Shown in pieces: positions 23,436 to 37,771 of a DNA stretch of 64,000 nucleotides. The DNA is from Octopus vulgaris (taxonomy: Eukaryota): contig OX597816.1 in assembly GCA_951406725.2 (NCBI GenBank), positions 106,392,001 through 106,456,000 on the forward strand, in the 5' to 3' direction. Every line of letters starts with the position of its first letter. Position 1 is the first letter of the stretch. The notes below the pieces were generated by a model that saw only the letters and a list, made by a program, of their open reading frames with translations, was not told the DNA's origin and searched no databases. The position numbers were made by a program, and so were the translations under genes.

Positions 23436-23800
23436 TTTGACATTGAAAAAATATCTCAAGGGCCGTAACTCTAAAACACTTTATCGTGTTAAAAGCGTAA
23501 GTTGGTGCTTGGAATTACTAAATTTGATGCCTTGTGGTTTTAACTCCATATCACACCGGAGTTAATTTACTCCCTAATAATTCCAATATTTAAAAGAGCC
23601 AAGTATATAGTCGTAACCAATATTTAGAGCCAACTGGATGGCAACAAAATACATATTAGCACGGTTTCAGAGCGCAATCTGCCCGTGAATTTCAAGAATT
23701 TGAAAGAAAACTGTGACAAAATGATTAGTGTAGATATAATAATTATAGCTTTTACTAAAGCTTTCGACGCTGTATCATATAGGAAACTTATATACAGATG
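23436..23800 (-). promoter_or_regulatory. Probable MRPS30 promoter / 5' region
   Basis: Immediately upstream of the ATG. CpG dinucleotides are visibly retained over ~21800-23800 while the flanks are CpG-depleted. No transcription start site can be assigned. Confidence 0.45.
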
Positions 23801-24051
23801 TAAAACAACAGAATCAACATAAAAACTCAAGAATGAATAGGAGCCTGATTGAATATAAGAATGATACAATGGCAGTAAACAACAGAGTGAATTACACTTC
23901 AGCCTGTGATGTTAGGCTGGAATTTACAAAAGTCAAATTTCAAGACCTCAGTTTTGTGAGGCTCAGTCAATTAGATATTTTGCTGCTCACCAGAATGGGG
24001 GTATTGGATGAAGGGGGTACCAATAATATATTGAAATGGAGCAGGGGTGTA

Positions 24052-24400
24052 GTCATCATCATCATCATCATTTAACGTCCATTTTCCATGCTAGCATGTG
24101 TTGGACAGGAGCTGGCTAGCCAGAAGACTACACTAAGCTTCAGTGTCTGTTTTGGCCTGGTTTTTATGGCTGGATGCCCTTTCTTACACCAACCACTTCA
24201 CACTGTGGACTTGATGCTTTTTATGTGGCACTAGCACAGGCGAGGTCAGTTTTGGCATGTTTTTTACAGCTGGATGATCTTCCAAACGCCAACCATTTTA
24301 CACTATGAACTGGATGCTTTTTACATGGCACAAGTACAGGCATAGCACCAGCAATGCCATGACACCAGCAATGCCGTGGCACTAGTAATGCCATGGCACC
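24052..24400 (-). mobile_element. RTE-tail element with internal duplications
   Basis: (CAT)n-ttaacgtcc..ccatgctagcatg. The ctggatg..cttcc..acrccaacca block occurs twice, and short caccagcaatgccatgg repeats lie at ~24345-24400. Confidence 0.8.
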
Positions 24401-25598
24401 AGTATTTAAATAAATAAAATGCTTATTCTTACACGCAATTGACATTTTGTAATTGAGTCAGGGGACTGACCCTATTTAGCAAGTTGCTTCCATCATAACC
24501 TCAAGTTGGTCCAAGCATTGGTAGCTAAATTTGGTTGATGAAAACAGTGTGGATGGGAACTGTTGAAAGCACTATTCTTGTTTTTATGTGAGTGAATACA
24601 TCATATTGTTTTACACAACTACTTGACCCTTAAGTGGACTTAAACAGAGTTCATTCTGTTGCAAGCATTCTGAACCCAGCCTCCTGTTTGAAGAATCTTC
24701 CTCATTAGCCTTGAGGATCCTGAAAGAGATCATGGGTGTTGCCTCTCTTTTCCAAACAAAGTCACGTCTCACACACACACATGTATGTACGCAAGCACAC
24801 AGGTACACAATATATAAAAGTATGAGGGAGCATGAAGGCATGTAGTCTAGTGGTTAGAGTATTGGGCTTAGAATCATAAAGTCATAGGTCCAATTCCTCA
24901 ACTGAGCAGCACATTATGAACTTCCACAAGACATATTATTTCATATTACACTAGCTGTTTTTAGCTGAAAATTAGTATTTACTGAGTGTTGGTGCTGCTG
25001 ATTTCTCCAGCCTGCTGACATATTCATGATGTTCCACTAAGTCAAGAGCTGGAGGGCTGAGAGGATATTTATGTCTTCTCATGACAGCATAGGCACAAAA
25101 AACAGGAAGTTATAACATGGCACATATAACAATGTCATAATTACTTGCAAGTGTGAACTATGTTCTGTATGTATGTATGTATGTGTGTATGTGTGTGTGT
25201 GTGTGTATGTGTGTGTGTGTGTGTTTGAAACATTGGAACTTGAAGCAGATAAACTATAAATAATAGCATATAAATATAGAGTTAAAAGCCCTTTGAATAA
25301 AAAAAGTCAAAGGTTTGACATCAAACAATACATATGCATAAGAGAGAGAGGTTAGTGGAATTGTTAGGTACCTGACTGGATGTCTTATGGTATGTTCTGA
25401 ATATTTGTATTCTGACAATAATAACCTGTGTTGAAGCTAATTCCAAACTGTATCAGTCCTTGTTTTGCCTTTGGACAACAGTTGTACATCATCAATGGTG
25501 GTCATGCATTAAGAAAGAAACCTTACTAAGGGCAGCAGCTTCAAGAGGAAATTTTGTAGCACAGATCCATGATTGTCTCATGAGACATATAGAAGCTC

Positions 25599-25636
<38 letters not shown>

Positions 25637-27764
25637 CTGTATGCATGTGTGAGTGTGCAAAGTATGGTAGTCTCTTGGGTCTGAGAAAGACAGCTCTGCA
25701 ATTTCTTGCTGAAGAACCTGCACAGATGATTTGTTTATAGTGATCAAATTTTTGTGCTGCACATTAGTCTCAAATTAACAGTACTGGTGCATGGTGTACC
25801 ATACACAAGGTGAAGCATTTTGCTCAAGAACACAATGCACTACCTGGTCAGGGAATCAAACCCATGATCCTGCAATCATGAGTGCAACACGCTAACTACT
25901 AGGCCATACACCCTCACATTTTTTTGTTGTTTTGTTTTTTTGAGCTCCATGGCAGAAAATATTTCAACTTAAGATAGATTTTAATTCACAACCTAGAAGA
26001 ACAAACAAGTGTCAATATGCCATACTGCAGATCAGTCTAATCCATCATCACCATCAAAATGATCATCAACATTTTGACATTGGTTGTTACTGTTGTTGTT
26101 TAACTCCAGATCAGTTCTGATTGAGGAGACCTATAATGAAAGTTCTTCAAGCCATAACTATTTCATATTTTCCCATATCTAGGGAAATGTTGTCTAATAT
26201 ATCCTTTTATATGATGCTATATGAGCTATTATCTTTACCACCTGTAGGGGTTTCTGTTCATTAGCTCTTAGGACAGCATTTTCAAAACCATGATGAAGGT
26301 ACCCTGAGAACAACCGCTTCTTGTTGTTGAAGCCTCTTCTACTATCTTCCCTGTCTTTCAACCGCCTCAGAGCAGGAAGCTCATGTGGTCCTTACAGCCA
26401 CATGTGTAGCAACTCAATTTCCTACTTTGTATCACTAATTTCATGGCTTTTTTTTTCCAGCACCAAAAAGGCAGTACAGTTCTAAACCAAGTCTATGGTC
26501 TTCAGAAAGCATAGGATTTGTATATCTAAGCAAATCTTAGTGGATAACACTTACCACCTACCTGTACTGCACCACAGCAAGGATAATGAATCAAATGACA
26601 ATGTCATTGACAATATTTTTACTGTGGCTCTTGTTATACTGCTGCAACTATTGTGACATGAAGCTCAGGCAATTACTTCCCTTGTTATCTCATTGTTCAA
26701 TCCATGCCAGCATGGAAAACACATTAAATAATGAAGAAGAAGAAGAAGAAGAAGAAGAAGTCATTCACAGCTATATTTTATAACAGCACTAAATTGACTC
26801 CTAAATGTATAGAGCCTAGTTAGCTTCTCTCCTCCCACCATTTGCTTGTCTTGTTCTTGTATGTCTCCTTTGCTACTGCCTTTGTGACAAATAAAGGGAA
26901 GATCATTATCATCATCATCCACTGCCATACTTCACCCAACCTCCTCCACATCATCATTAAGTTTATAAAGAAGCAAAAAAGAAAAGCATTGAATGTAGCT
27001 TGAATATTTTATTTGTCTTTCTGTGATTGAGATAAAAATTCACCCTGGCATGACCTGGATGACGCAAGTGAATAGATGGGTAAGATCCTTAGTGAAGAAG
27101 CACATGGTTAAGAGAGCCTATATATATATATATATAAGGGACCAAGAGGAAGAAGATGACTGCTAGAAATAAAGACCATGCTAGTTTTCAAAACAAAACA
27201 TGATCTCTCAAGCTACTTAGCAAAATTAAATGTGGTTTTCAAAACAAGAACATGACAGCTCGAAGTATGAACAAAATTAACAAGCCATGTATTACCACCA
27301 CAAACACATATTTAAGACAATAAGCTTCTTTGGTAACTTCTGTACATGAAGGTGATAGGTTCCAGCATTGTTCCTTCCTTCAGTATTATCCCAAGCTAGC
27401 TCCTATCTGCATTCAAATTTCTTTGTCAAATATAATGCTTACTTATTCATATTTTTAAAGTTTAATCCCGTATTATCTTGTAGCTTTGAAATTTTGAAGA
27501 TGTGATTGTTTAATTTTAAAATGACATAGTAAGGTAGGTGTGAGAGCCTGGATCTGGCCAGTTTGAACATATGACAAGTAGAATATGCAGGTCTGATATA
27601 GCCTGTTTAAATGTTAAAGAGTTAAACTCTTCAATCTCCTCTCAGAAGGAATCACCCTACTTTCTGTGAAAACACAACATTGAGTCCTATTTCCAAAGAT
27701 AATCTTCCTAACCTTGCCATCTACTTAACTTACCTGTTAGCCTGATTTCTACAATTTATTATAG

Positions 27765-28345
27765 GTGCAGGTATGGTTGTGTGGTTAAGAAGCTTACTTT
27801 GCAACCATGTGGTTTCAGGTTCAGTCCTACTGCATGGCTCCTTGTGCAAGGTCAACCAATTCTTGTGAATGAATTAGACAATCTATGTGGAAACCCATCA
27901 TGTATCCTTTCTACTATAAGCACAAAGCCTGAATTTTGGGGGTGGAGGATAGTTGATTACATCAACCCCAGTGTTTCACTGGTACTTAATTTATCAATCC
28001 CGAAAGGATGAAAAGCAAAGTTGACCTCAGAATGTAGCAATGGGTGAAATACCACTAAGCATTTCGTCCAGCGTGCTAACAATTCTGCCAGCTCGCTGCC
28101 TGGGAAGCCCATCATGTATGTGTATATAAGTGTGTACATGTATGTTTGTTTATCTCCCATATACATATATGACAACCAGTGTTGGTTTGTTTATGTCCTT
28201 ATAACAGAACAGTTTGGCAAAAGAGACCAATAGAATAAATACTAGATTTAAAAGTACTAGGGGTGTTGGTCTACTAAACTCATCAATGTAATGCTCAATC
28301 ATGGCCACATTCCAATAACAGAAACAAAGGTAAAATAGTAAAAGG
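27765..28345 (+). mobile_element. Family A SINE interrupted by an inverted family B SINE (27906-28102)
   Basis: A 17-bp TSD, GGAARCCCATCATGTAT, flanks the insert at 27889-27905 and 28103-28119. Confidence 0.85.
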
Positions 28346-29915
28346 TATCTGAAAACTAATAGAGACAATCAGTAACAACCTCTGTTTTCTTTACTACTTA
28401 GTTTTTTCCTCTGTTTCTCAGCAACCATCTATATTTCTGTAGACTCAGAACAACTGGAGATCTGTTTGTGTATGTAACTCATCAGCGTTTAATCATCCTC
28501 GAGAACTTCAATAAATGCTTTTATTCTTGCCTGCAACAAAATTTTTGTATATAACATAAGAACCTCATAGCTATGTTGTAGATTAGCTCCTGGAAATCCC
28601 ATACCAAACACACCTATAATCAAAGGAATTCCAGTCGTGACTATCTTATCTTTTCCCTATGTGCAAGAAACTCAGGTATACATTATCCAACATGTCCTTT
28701 TTTAGGAATAGAGGTTATATGAGATTTAGCAAACTGAGCAACCACATTACACCTCCTTCCATAGGTCTGTTACATGTATGGGGACCATATTCAACATGAG
28801 AACCTCAGTTATGTTGCCAGCCATGAGGGAGTCCTGTCAAACTGTGCCAATGGCAAGCACTTATTCACCAACCCACTCCAACCTCTAGCCCTGTTTCTTC
28901 CATCTGCTTTTGTTCCTCAAAGTTAGCTTATTGTATACCACCTCCATCTGACATAGTTTCAAAGACTTATGCTGACTTGTATCCTCAATTCTTCATCTCT
29001 TTGGAATTTAATAAGTGGCAGCAACTTAGATAAATTCTGAAAGTCCTTCTGTTATCTGCTAAAATAGATCCAGAAACAGGTCCTATACAATACATCTGTA
29101 AAAACTTCATACTAAAATATACATGCAATAATTTATTTTTTTTATTATGGATAATGTGGTAAATATACACAAATATGACAGAATGAAATACTTTACATCA
29201 CAGAACTACTAGATCTGGGTTTTTTTTTTTTTTTTGTTTTTTTTATATATTTGCTGGGTTAGGAAGAAGGGCCAGTGACAAAGGCCTTTGCAAGCCCCAT
29301 CCCTTAGATCAGTGAGACTGATGCCAGTGAAGGTTTCTAATTAACCTTTCCAAGTCAACACCTACAGAAAAGACATGAACAGGGACAAAACATCAGAGGG
29401 CTGATGTTCTAAAAAAGGAAGACTGGTTGCGGTGATTACTGTGGAGCCAGATGGTGGGGTTGCACCCAACAAGGGTAATGAGGAGGAGGAGACACAAATG
29501 TGTTGGAAATGGCTGAGTGGAGATAACATGAGCCTAGCAGCTATTTAATTAATAAATTAACAGGTTATTAAATTTAATCAAATTAAGCAGAAGCTATTAG
29601 ATTAATCTGGAATTCCACAATACTATAATAATTACATGTATCCACAACTTCATTCTTCTGATTCAATAATACACAATATATATACAACTGCTAAAAACGT
29701 TGTCACTATTTTTCTCTCCTGTTTCTTGCTTGTTTCTTCCATTGTCCATATTTGCTATGTCAGAAACTAGGAATTTCAGATATTTTCTTTAGTAAATTTA
29801 AACCAAAGTTTAAAATAAATAAACATCAAATTTGTTTTTTTTTAGCAAGATATTTGGATAAGTACTATAAAGGTCCATATATAACACACCTTTTGATTTT
29901 CAGTCCCAAATCATT

Positions 29916-29950
29916 TTAAACCCATAACATCAGTTATGTTATGGGTTTAA
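29916..29950. repeat. Perfect 15-bp inverted repeat with a 5-nt loop
   Basis: TTAAACCCATAACAT-cagtt-ATGTTATGGGTTTAA. Confidence 0.92.
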
Positions 29951-29976
29951 TCTACTATAATCTATACTAAGATAAT

Positions 29977-31412
29977 AGGCACAGGTCTATCTGTGTGGTC
30001 TAGAAGTTCACTTTCCAATCACATGGTTTTGGCTTCAATTCCACTGTGTGGTACCTTGGACAAGTATTTTTTACAATAGTTCTGAGCTGACTAAAGTCTT
30101 GTGAGTGGATTTGGTAGATAGAAGCTAAAACAATTGCCTTATATGCTTGTTTGTGTGTATTATGCTTGTTTTTACATTGTGTGATAATTGTAAATGTCCC
30201 AGTCATACAAGTGGCGTCATTCATTTTCAATCTTTCATGAAAACATGTCCAGTCATGGGAAATAATAGATCATTTGGAAACAAGTGCAGATTGGAGACAG
30301 GAAGGGCATCCAGCCATAGAAAATCTGCTTCAACAAATTCCATCTGACCCATGCAAGCACAAAAAAGTGAACATTAAAATGATGGCAATACTGATATACA
30401 ATAAAGTGAATTCTATGATTTTTCTTTTAACTAAATTCTACAAGTCTTGGACAAGTGCCTTCTCAGACCAACCAAAACTTTCTGAACAAATTTGATAGAT
30501 GGAAATTGAAAGAAGACTTGTGTGTATGTATCACCATCATGATAGACAGTCTTCTTTTCATGCTCACTTTTCTCTGCTTGCAGGAGTCAAATAGAATTTG
30601 CCAAAGCAGATTTTCTACAGTTCAAAGCTTACCTCTTCCAAGCAAGGCCAGGCCAGACATGTTTTCAGAGACAATTGGAAATAAAGGACACTGCTTGTAT
30701 AATGTGTGTGCATGTGCATCTTGAAATCATGTACTAATTGTAAACAAACATTATAGTCAGTGTGTTTGCAATCTTCCATAAAAGTATTCGACCTGGAAAA
30801 TATTAACTTGCTTGGAAACAGAAAGAACATCTGGCCATACAGAATTTGCTTCAATTAATTTCATCTGATCCATGCAAGCATGGAAAGGTGGAGTTTTTGT
30901 CATATATAGCCCAAAACTGTTTAACATGTTACACGATGGGTGAACTATGGGTTAGATAAAAACAAAAAAATCACAAAAGTATAATGTTTTCATACACCAA
31001 GTCACATAACACAATCTCCATCAAATATAGGTGCAAGTATGCCTGTGTGTTAAGAAATTTATTTCTCAACATCTCGGGTTCAATTCCACTGTGTGACACC
31101 TTGGGCAAGTATCTTACTATAGCTCTGAACCAACCTAAGCCTTGTGAGTGGAATCTGTAGACGGAAACTGAAAGAAGCTCATCATATATATTTGTGTGTG
31201 TGTATTTGCACATGCTGTTGCCGTCTCCTTGCTTTAACAATGCATAATAGTTTTTTAACTGTCACAATCATGCAGGTAATGTCCTTATTTGGAAACACAG
31301 GAAATATGTGAGAGTTGGTGACAGGAAGAGCATCTGATTGTAGAAAATCCACCCCAACAAATTCTGTTCAACTCATGCAAGCATGGAAAAGTGGACATTA
31401 AATTATGATGGT
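29977..31412 (+). mobile_element. Cluster of three family A-head SINEs with RTE-type tails, with one inverted tail fragment (~30538-30680)
   Basis: Heads at ~29977, ~30440 and ~31028. Tails read ccatgcaagcatggaaa. The reverse-complement tail reads ttttcatgctcactttt.ctgcttgcagg. Confidence 0.75.
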
Positions 31413-31439
31413 GATTAACAGCTATTGAGGATAAGGTAG

Positions 31440-34400
31440 CAAAAATAAAAATCAGGGTATTTAATTTCCAAATTGTTTAGTCCATTAATAGCTGTAATAT
31501 TAAAAGCTTGCTGTGAGTTTGGAAAAGGCAATGAGAAAACATTCCTTTGTCATCTTTAGAATTACTGTATGATAACCAGTTCTTCAGTGATACTTCAAGA
31601 ACCAACAGAGTAACATGATGATGCAGAAATAAAACTTCCTTAATACTGGGATAAATATTACTTTTGATTATGTAATAGAATGGGAAAGGTACACATTAAA
31701 CAAACCTCTACTTGTATTTTAATTTCTTCCACAATTTAGATGCCATGGGGTCCAAAGTAACTAATGTCATAAAGATTGGATTCAAACTGGTTATATCTAC
31801 CCCTTAAAAAATACTGATATAGCAAAACTTCATATTGAGCAATATGGTTCTGCCACTCCAGAGTTTAAACAAAAAAAAACAAAACATTTACATCACATAC
31901 TAATAGTATGAAACAAACAAGACACTTTTATAACTGACCATAATTTACTTCCATTACAAATCATCCTCAGTATTTAAGAATATGTATTTTAAAATTGTAT
32001 TTTCATGTGTTAGTCACTACTTGGCACCAAGATAAAACACTGCCAGAAACAAAGAGAAATTAAGAAAAGGAAAGCTTTGTTACCAAGAGAAATGTGGAAA
32101 GCTGTCTTTTCATGGTTTGGGAATTAACATAACATATGGAAGGAGTTGATGTCTTATTAGATTTCAGTATCATAAGAGGTGAAAAACGAAATGAGAGAGA
32201 GAGAGAGAATCTGCCTGTAGGTTAAGACCACTGTAGGCAGGGCCATATAAACTCAATTTAGAATTAGAATTTTCTTCAAATTTAGATAATAAAAAGGATA
32301 TAATTATCTCCTTGTTTTAGATCGAAATTCTAATTAACATACACTTAGAAAACAACGGAAGAAGTTTTCAGACACAAACTCTCTAGAATACCATTTGAAA
32401 GTTCAAGAATCTTATTAAATAGTTCAAAACAGAGAAATGAATAAATAAAAATAAATAAATACAACAGCTAAAATAATAAAAAAAATTTGCCTAGACTTTT
32501 CATCCATTGGCTTTATTTTATCAGAAAGGTATATAGTATATTGGAAATTGCTAAGAATAAAAATGATAAAAATTCCATTTATCTGGTAATTATTTCAAAT
32601 GTAACAAAAAAAAAAAAAAAAAAAAAAAGGAAAGTTTTCAATGTTAATGTCAGGTTTTTATGATGGAATAATATTAACTTTTATCATATGCTTACAAAAG
32701 CAATATTATACATTTTGCTTAATAGCAAAAAAGATTCCCAAGGAGATTAATTCCTTTGAGTAAGAATTTAAAAAAAAAAAAAAAAAAAATTTTAAAAATT
32801 CTATTTTGAAAATATTTTTAAAGACAATTTCTCTGAAAAATATTTCTTTTAATTAATTATATGAACAAAAAATATCAAAAGAAATAAGTCAATTATGAAC
32901 TTTCATTTGTTAATTTAAAAAAAAAAAAGATCAAAATAGACTTTACATTCACCCATTTACACTTAAATTCTCACATATATTTCCTTGCAGTATATTTCTT
33001 TATATATATATATTATATATATATATTTCTTATATATATATATATATATAAAAAATATTGCAAATTTAGGCCAAAACTCAAATAAAAACATAGCTTTGCA
33101 TAGGGGTTTTCAGTTAAAGAGGCATGTGTCTATTTCCAAATAGGACGCAATCAGTATATAATTCCTATTGCTTTCTTTCAGAAGACTAATGAAATTCAAT
33201 GAACTTTGAACTTTTCTTTGCAAATATCTTTTAATTATATCATTTTCTTAACAGGCAACAAAACTGCTAACATTATTGCAGTACAATACTCTTGATGTGC
33301 CTATCTATGTTTTACGCATATATAGACATAAATTCAAGAAAGAGAACGGTATACAACTAGATTTCACTGGTATGGACTGAAATTCAATGATAAATCAATA
33401 GGTCTTTTAAAAAAATTATCCCTTTCTGAAAAACAAATTTAAAATGCTTTCTTTTGTTTCATTAATAAAATATTTCCACTGGGTTAAAAAAAAATGAAAG
33501 GAAACAAAAAAAAAATGAAATTTAGTTCTTAGACTTTATAAAAAGGTTTCATTTTTTTTCTAAAAAGTTTAAGACATGAAAGTTATCCATATATTCCTTT
33601 GTAGAAGATGATATTAAGTATAACAGAAATATTTGTGACTGAGTGTGTAGAATTAAGAAGTTTCCATTTCCCTTTCTCTGTATATCTTAATCTTGCACCG
33701 TTACACAACTCTTTTTGCTTTGAGTAGCTTTAATTTTTGTCTGCTGCCATCTGTAGCATCTACTTATATAATTGGCAGTGTTTCCTTCACTCTCTCTGTT
33801 TGTCCATCCTCTTGACAAGCACATCAAAGGCAATTAGCTACTATGCTACTTTCACTATCTCTGTGTTTGGTTAAAACACAAACAAGTCACTTAGCTGTAT
33901 ACTGAGTAGAAATGTACATTATACATTTAGCTAACCATGTATAAATTGTACACGTGTGTAATTGTATGTATATTTTATTAAATGATAAAGAACATGTAGT
34001 GTACTTGATTAATCCCTTTAATTACAGTTTGGGACATTTTCCATGGATAACCACCAGTTATTCTGCATTGGTAATAGAGTTATTACGATATGAATTTTGC
34101 TTTCATACTGATCATTTCAACATCTATTTCTCATATTTGCAGGGTTTAATGTTTAAATCTAAACTTTTTAAATATAGTTTTCTACATTATTCTTTTTAAC
34201 TGAATAAACATGAGTTACTAGAAGGAAAATATTAGAAATCAAGTTTCAACTGACACTTAAGATTTAAAATTCTTGCTTTCATTTAAGTTTCTTGGTGAGT
34301 TTCTTAGTAGTAAGATTCAATAATGACAAAAATAAACACTGAAGAATAGTCCAAATGCAGTTCTTAGTATATCAAGCCAATTCTTCAAATAATAAAAAGA

Positions 34401-37400
34401 AAATAGACTTTTCCAGTAAAAATTAAACTTTCAACAAAGACATTCAACCTGCTGGTACCTGAAATGTAAGAACAAGGTTTTATTTTCTTGTATAAACCAT
34501 TCTCTTTAGTCTTTATTATATTCATCATTGAATCTTCCTTCAACAAAACTTATCAATAAACTTCCATGATATCACACACACACACGTGTGTGTGTATGTA
34601 ACCTGACAGACAATATCTTCATAAAAACAAAACTTTAAATAAAAATTTAAACCCCACAAAGACATGCTGATGAAAAATAGATTCTGAAATGAGAAGATTA
34701 TAATCAAGAAAAGGAAATCCATATCTGGAAAATAACTAGCTACTGGAATATATACAGAAGTGTTGCTATGAAAGCTGAATTCCCCCACCTCACACTATAC
34801 ACACACAAAGAAAACTGATATTCACTGGAAAAACCATGTTGCCAGAAGAAAAAAATATGAAATACAAAGAGTGAGATTAGTGAAGTGAGTGACATTCTAT
34901 AACCTTTAGATTCAATAACAGTGTATGTTTTAGTAAACTAAGACATTGAAATGGAAAAATATTTCCTGCCTGTAATAGCCCACAAACTTATCAAAGCATA
35001 GCATAGTATTGCAGTTAGTCTTCACAATGAACAAATTGTAGTTGCTTTAACATATCTTAATGAACAGGCATACCAAAGAAATTCATTGAAAAACAGAACT
35101 GGGATTCTTCAAGTGAAAAATTCAACTTAGAGTTTTTGCTTATTTTGTGATACAAAAACAAAAGTACTCAATATTGCCTTTGTGTTAGAAGTGTGCAGAG
35201 TCTGAGATAGATTTATTCATATGCTTATTAGTTTGTTTTAGCCACCACAACCAAGGCCACTCTGGAGCACCACCTTATATGAGATAAACACAATTACATA
35301 ATTATACAAAACATAGTTTTTATTCTATCAGCACTCAGCACTTTAGTCAACTGTACACATCACAGAGTTGAGAAGAAAAAGGAAATATATAATTTGATGA
35401 GTACAAGAAACCAAAACACCGACAATTGAACAAATATGTCTTGAATAATAATGTAATCTAGTTTATGTATGAATAAATACACACACACACACACTGAGAT
35501 GAAGAAAGTAGATTCCATTTCAACTTGTTAAAGGTTCTTATAGTTATAAATTCTTGCTTAAAGTTTTAACTGGGTCAGTCAATGTAGACAAACTTTTCAA
35601 AGGAAAAGTTCAATAAACAATTTTGATAGCCTTAACAATACTGAGGAAGAAAATGAGTTAATAAATAAAATAGCTACAAATATACAAGTATATCAAACGG
35701 TCTATCAGAAGAGAGGAAGTGTGTGTGTGTAGAAAGACAGACATAGGTGTGTGTGTGTATGGATAGATACACCCTTACAGATAGCTAGGCAGACAAACTG
35801 AAACTCAATCACAAATAATGTAAGAAGTCAAATTTCAAAGAGAAAGTTATTCCTGTATTTTCATCAGAATTGACAACTAGACTGTTGGAAGAAAGAAGAA
35901 AAAGAAGAAGCAATGTATCTTATTTTGCATTTATACAGTCCATCAAGCATTAAAGAAGACAGACACAGAAAAATCACCTTTGATAAAATGCATTGTAAGT
36001 TTTGAAAATTATGTACATTTTATATATGTGTGTATATATGTATACACATATATATATACATATCTGTGTGTATATATGCATACACATATATATACATATC
36101 TGTGTATATATGCATACACATATATACATATCTGTGTGTGTATATGCATACACATATATACATATGTGTGTATGTATGTATATATGTGTGTGTGTGTGTA
36201 TACGTATGTATATATATATATGTATGCATATATATATATATAAACACTCATATGTACATAGATATAGACATCATATGCATAAACACAAATACATATAGAT
36301 GTGTGTCTGTATATATCTATATATGTGTGTGTGTGTGTGTGTGTATGTGTATATGTACCACACAAACGTACTCATCATTAAAAAAAAAACTTTTTCTCAT
36401 AGAGGGTATGTGATACCCATGCACAACCTGAGTGTGCTCCACATCATAACCATTATACACATGCACAAAATGCATTCAGACTAAAAAGTTTAGCTTAAAG
36501 AGTAGAAAACATGAATGCAAAACAACAAATAAAGGGGGAAAGAGATTTGAAGGGCAATAGAAATAGATGTAAACCCTCCTATTAATGACATTTTTTTTCT
36601 ATCTTCCAAGATTAAGATGAAAGGTCACCGATGGCTTTTTGAAACAGTCTAGCATGCTACTTATGTAATCAAATGTCCATGAGGGGGGAAACAAATTTGG
36701 TACATTTATTAAAAAAATGGAAAGAGTCCAGTAAAGAATCCAGGTCTATCATTGAACCATTAGATTCTGGTTTTAGTCCAAAAGCAGAAAATGATATAAG
36801 AGAGTATGTGTGCATGTATGTGTGTGTACTTGTGCGCATGCCTTTTCTGTAATTTTCGAGTTTAAGATTAAAAAAGTGGGGTGGGAGGCGCAGAAAAGGT
36901 CAGATTTACAAAAGTTGCAAAAGGCATGTGTGCGTGTTTGCATCTACATGCACACAAACTCACAAGCACACACACACATGTACACACACATAAATACATA
37001 CATACATACAATATTTGGCAGTAGCCAAAGATGATCCAAACCACCTAAAAGCATCAATTTTCAATGACTTCTATCCAAATGTAGCAATGATGGAGTATTA
37101 CAGGTATCCCTGTTTAATTTGAAAATGTAACCTGTAGGTCACGCCCATCTTTTATCAGTTACATTTGCATAAAGATCATAGGTACCACTGCCCAGTCAAC
37201 TTGTACATACTATACATTATGTGCAAGCATATATATATACATATATATAACACACACACATACGCATACATCAAGATTATATGTATGTATATATATATCT
37301 ACATATATATATATATAAAATATTGTATGTATGGAAGAGTGTGTGAATATATGTATAGTAAATGTAAACATACTGTCCTTCATATCAAAGTGGAACTCTT

Positions 37401-37771
37401 AAGTCTTCTGAAAAAATATTTTATACACTGCAGGTTACCATACAATTAGTGTTAGTACTGTTAGAAAATGTACAACTAACAACCAACAATGGAATAAATT
37501 GCGGTCTTTCATTTGGTTCTAGGGTAAAAAGTTTTCCATTTTCCACCCTTAGTAGTATTATTATTATTAATATTATTATTATTCATTTTTCCCCCTTCTG
37601 TTCAATTTTTAAAAATTTGTTTTTCATAATTTTTTTTGCTTTTGTTTTTGTTGTTACAGTCATAGTATGTATGGTTTTGGCAGCATCATTTTATTTGTTG
37701 ATGTTGCTATCATCATCATTATTTTTATTAAAATTTAACCAGCATCAGCCCTAAATGAACCAATTGCAGAA
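31440..37771 (-). other. ACTR3: Putative long Arp3 3' UTR
   Basis: No recognisable SINE, LINE or MITE over ~6.3 kb, and U-rich on the - strand. Candidate polyA signals are AATAAA at 36705-36710 and ATTAAA at 31460-31465. Confidence 0.5.
36010..36362. repeat. Compound (TA/TG/CA)n microsatellite with a ~28-30 bp higher-order unit
   Basis: Repeated tacacatatatatacatatctgtgtgtatatatgca. It explains the six spurious ORFs at 35980-36484. Confidence 0.92.

Noticed and set aside
24620-28535. Scattered - strand acceptor, donor and polyA-like sites (~24720, ~25717, ~26553, ~27008, ~28530) suggesting a lncRNA
   Set aside because: No consistent exon chain or ORF emerges, and such sites are expected by chance.
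28768-29528. Possible solo LTR (TGTTA...TAACA)
   Set aside because: There is no target-site duplication and no second copy, and the interior is heterogeneous.
35980-36484. Six overlapping ORFs rich in Y/I/H/T/C/V
   Set aside because: They are translations of a dinucleotide microsatellite.
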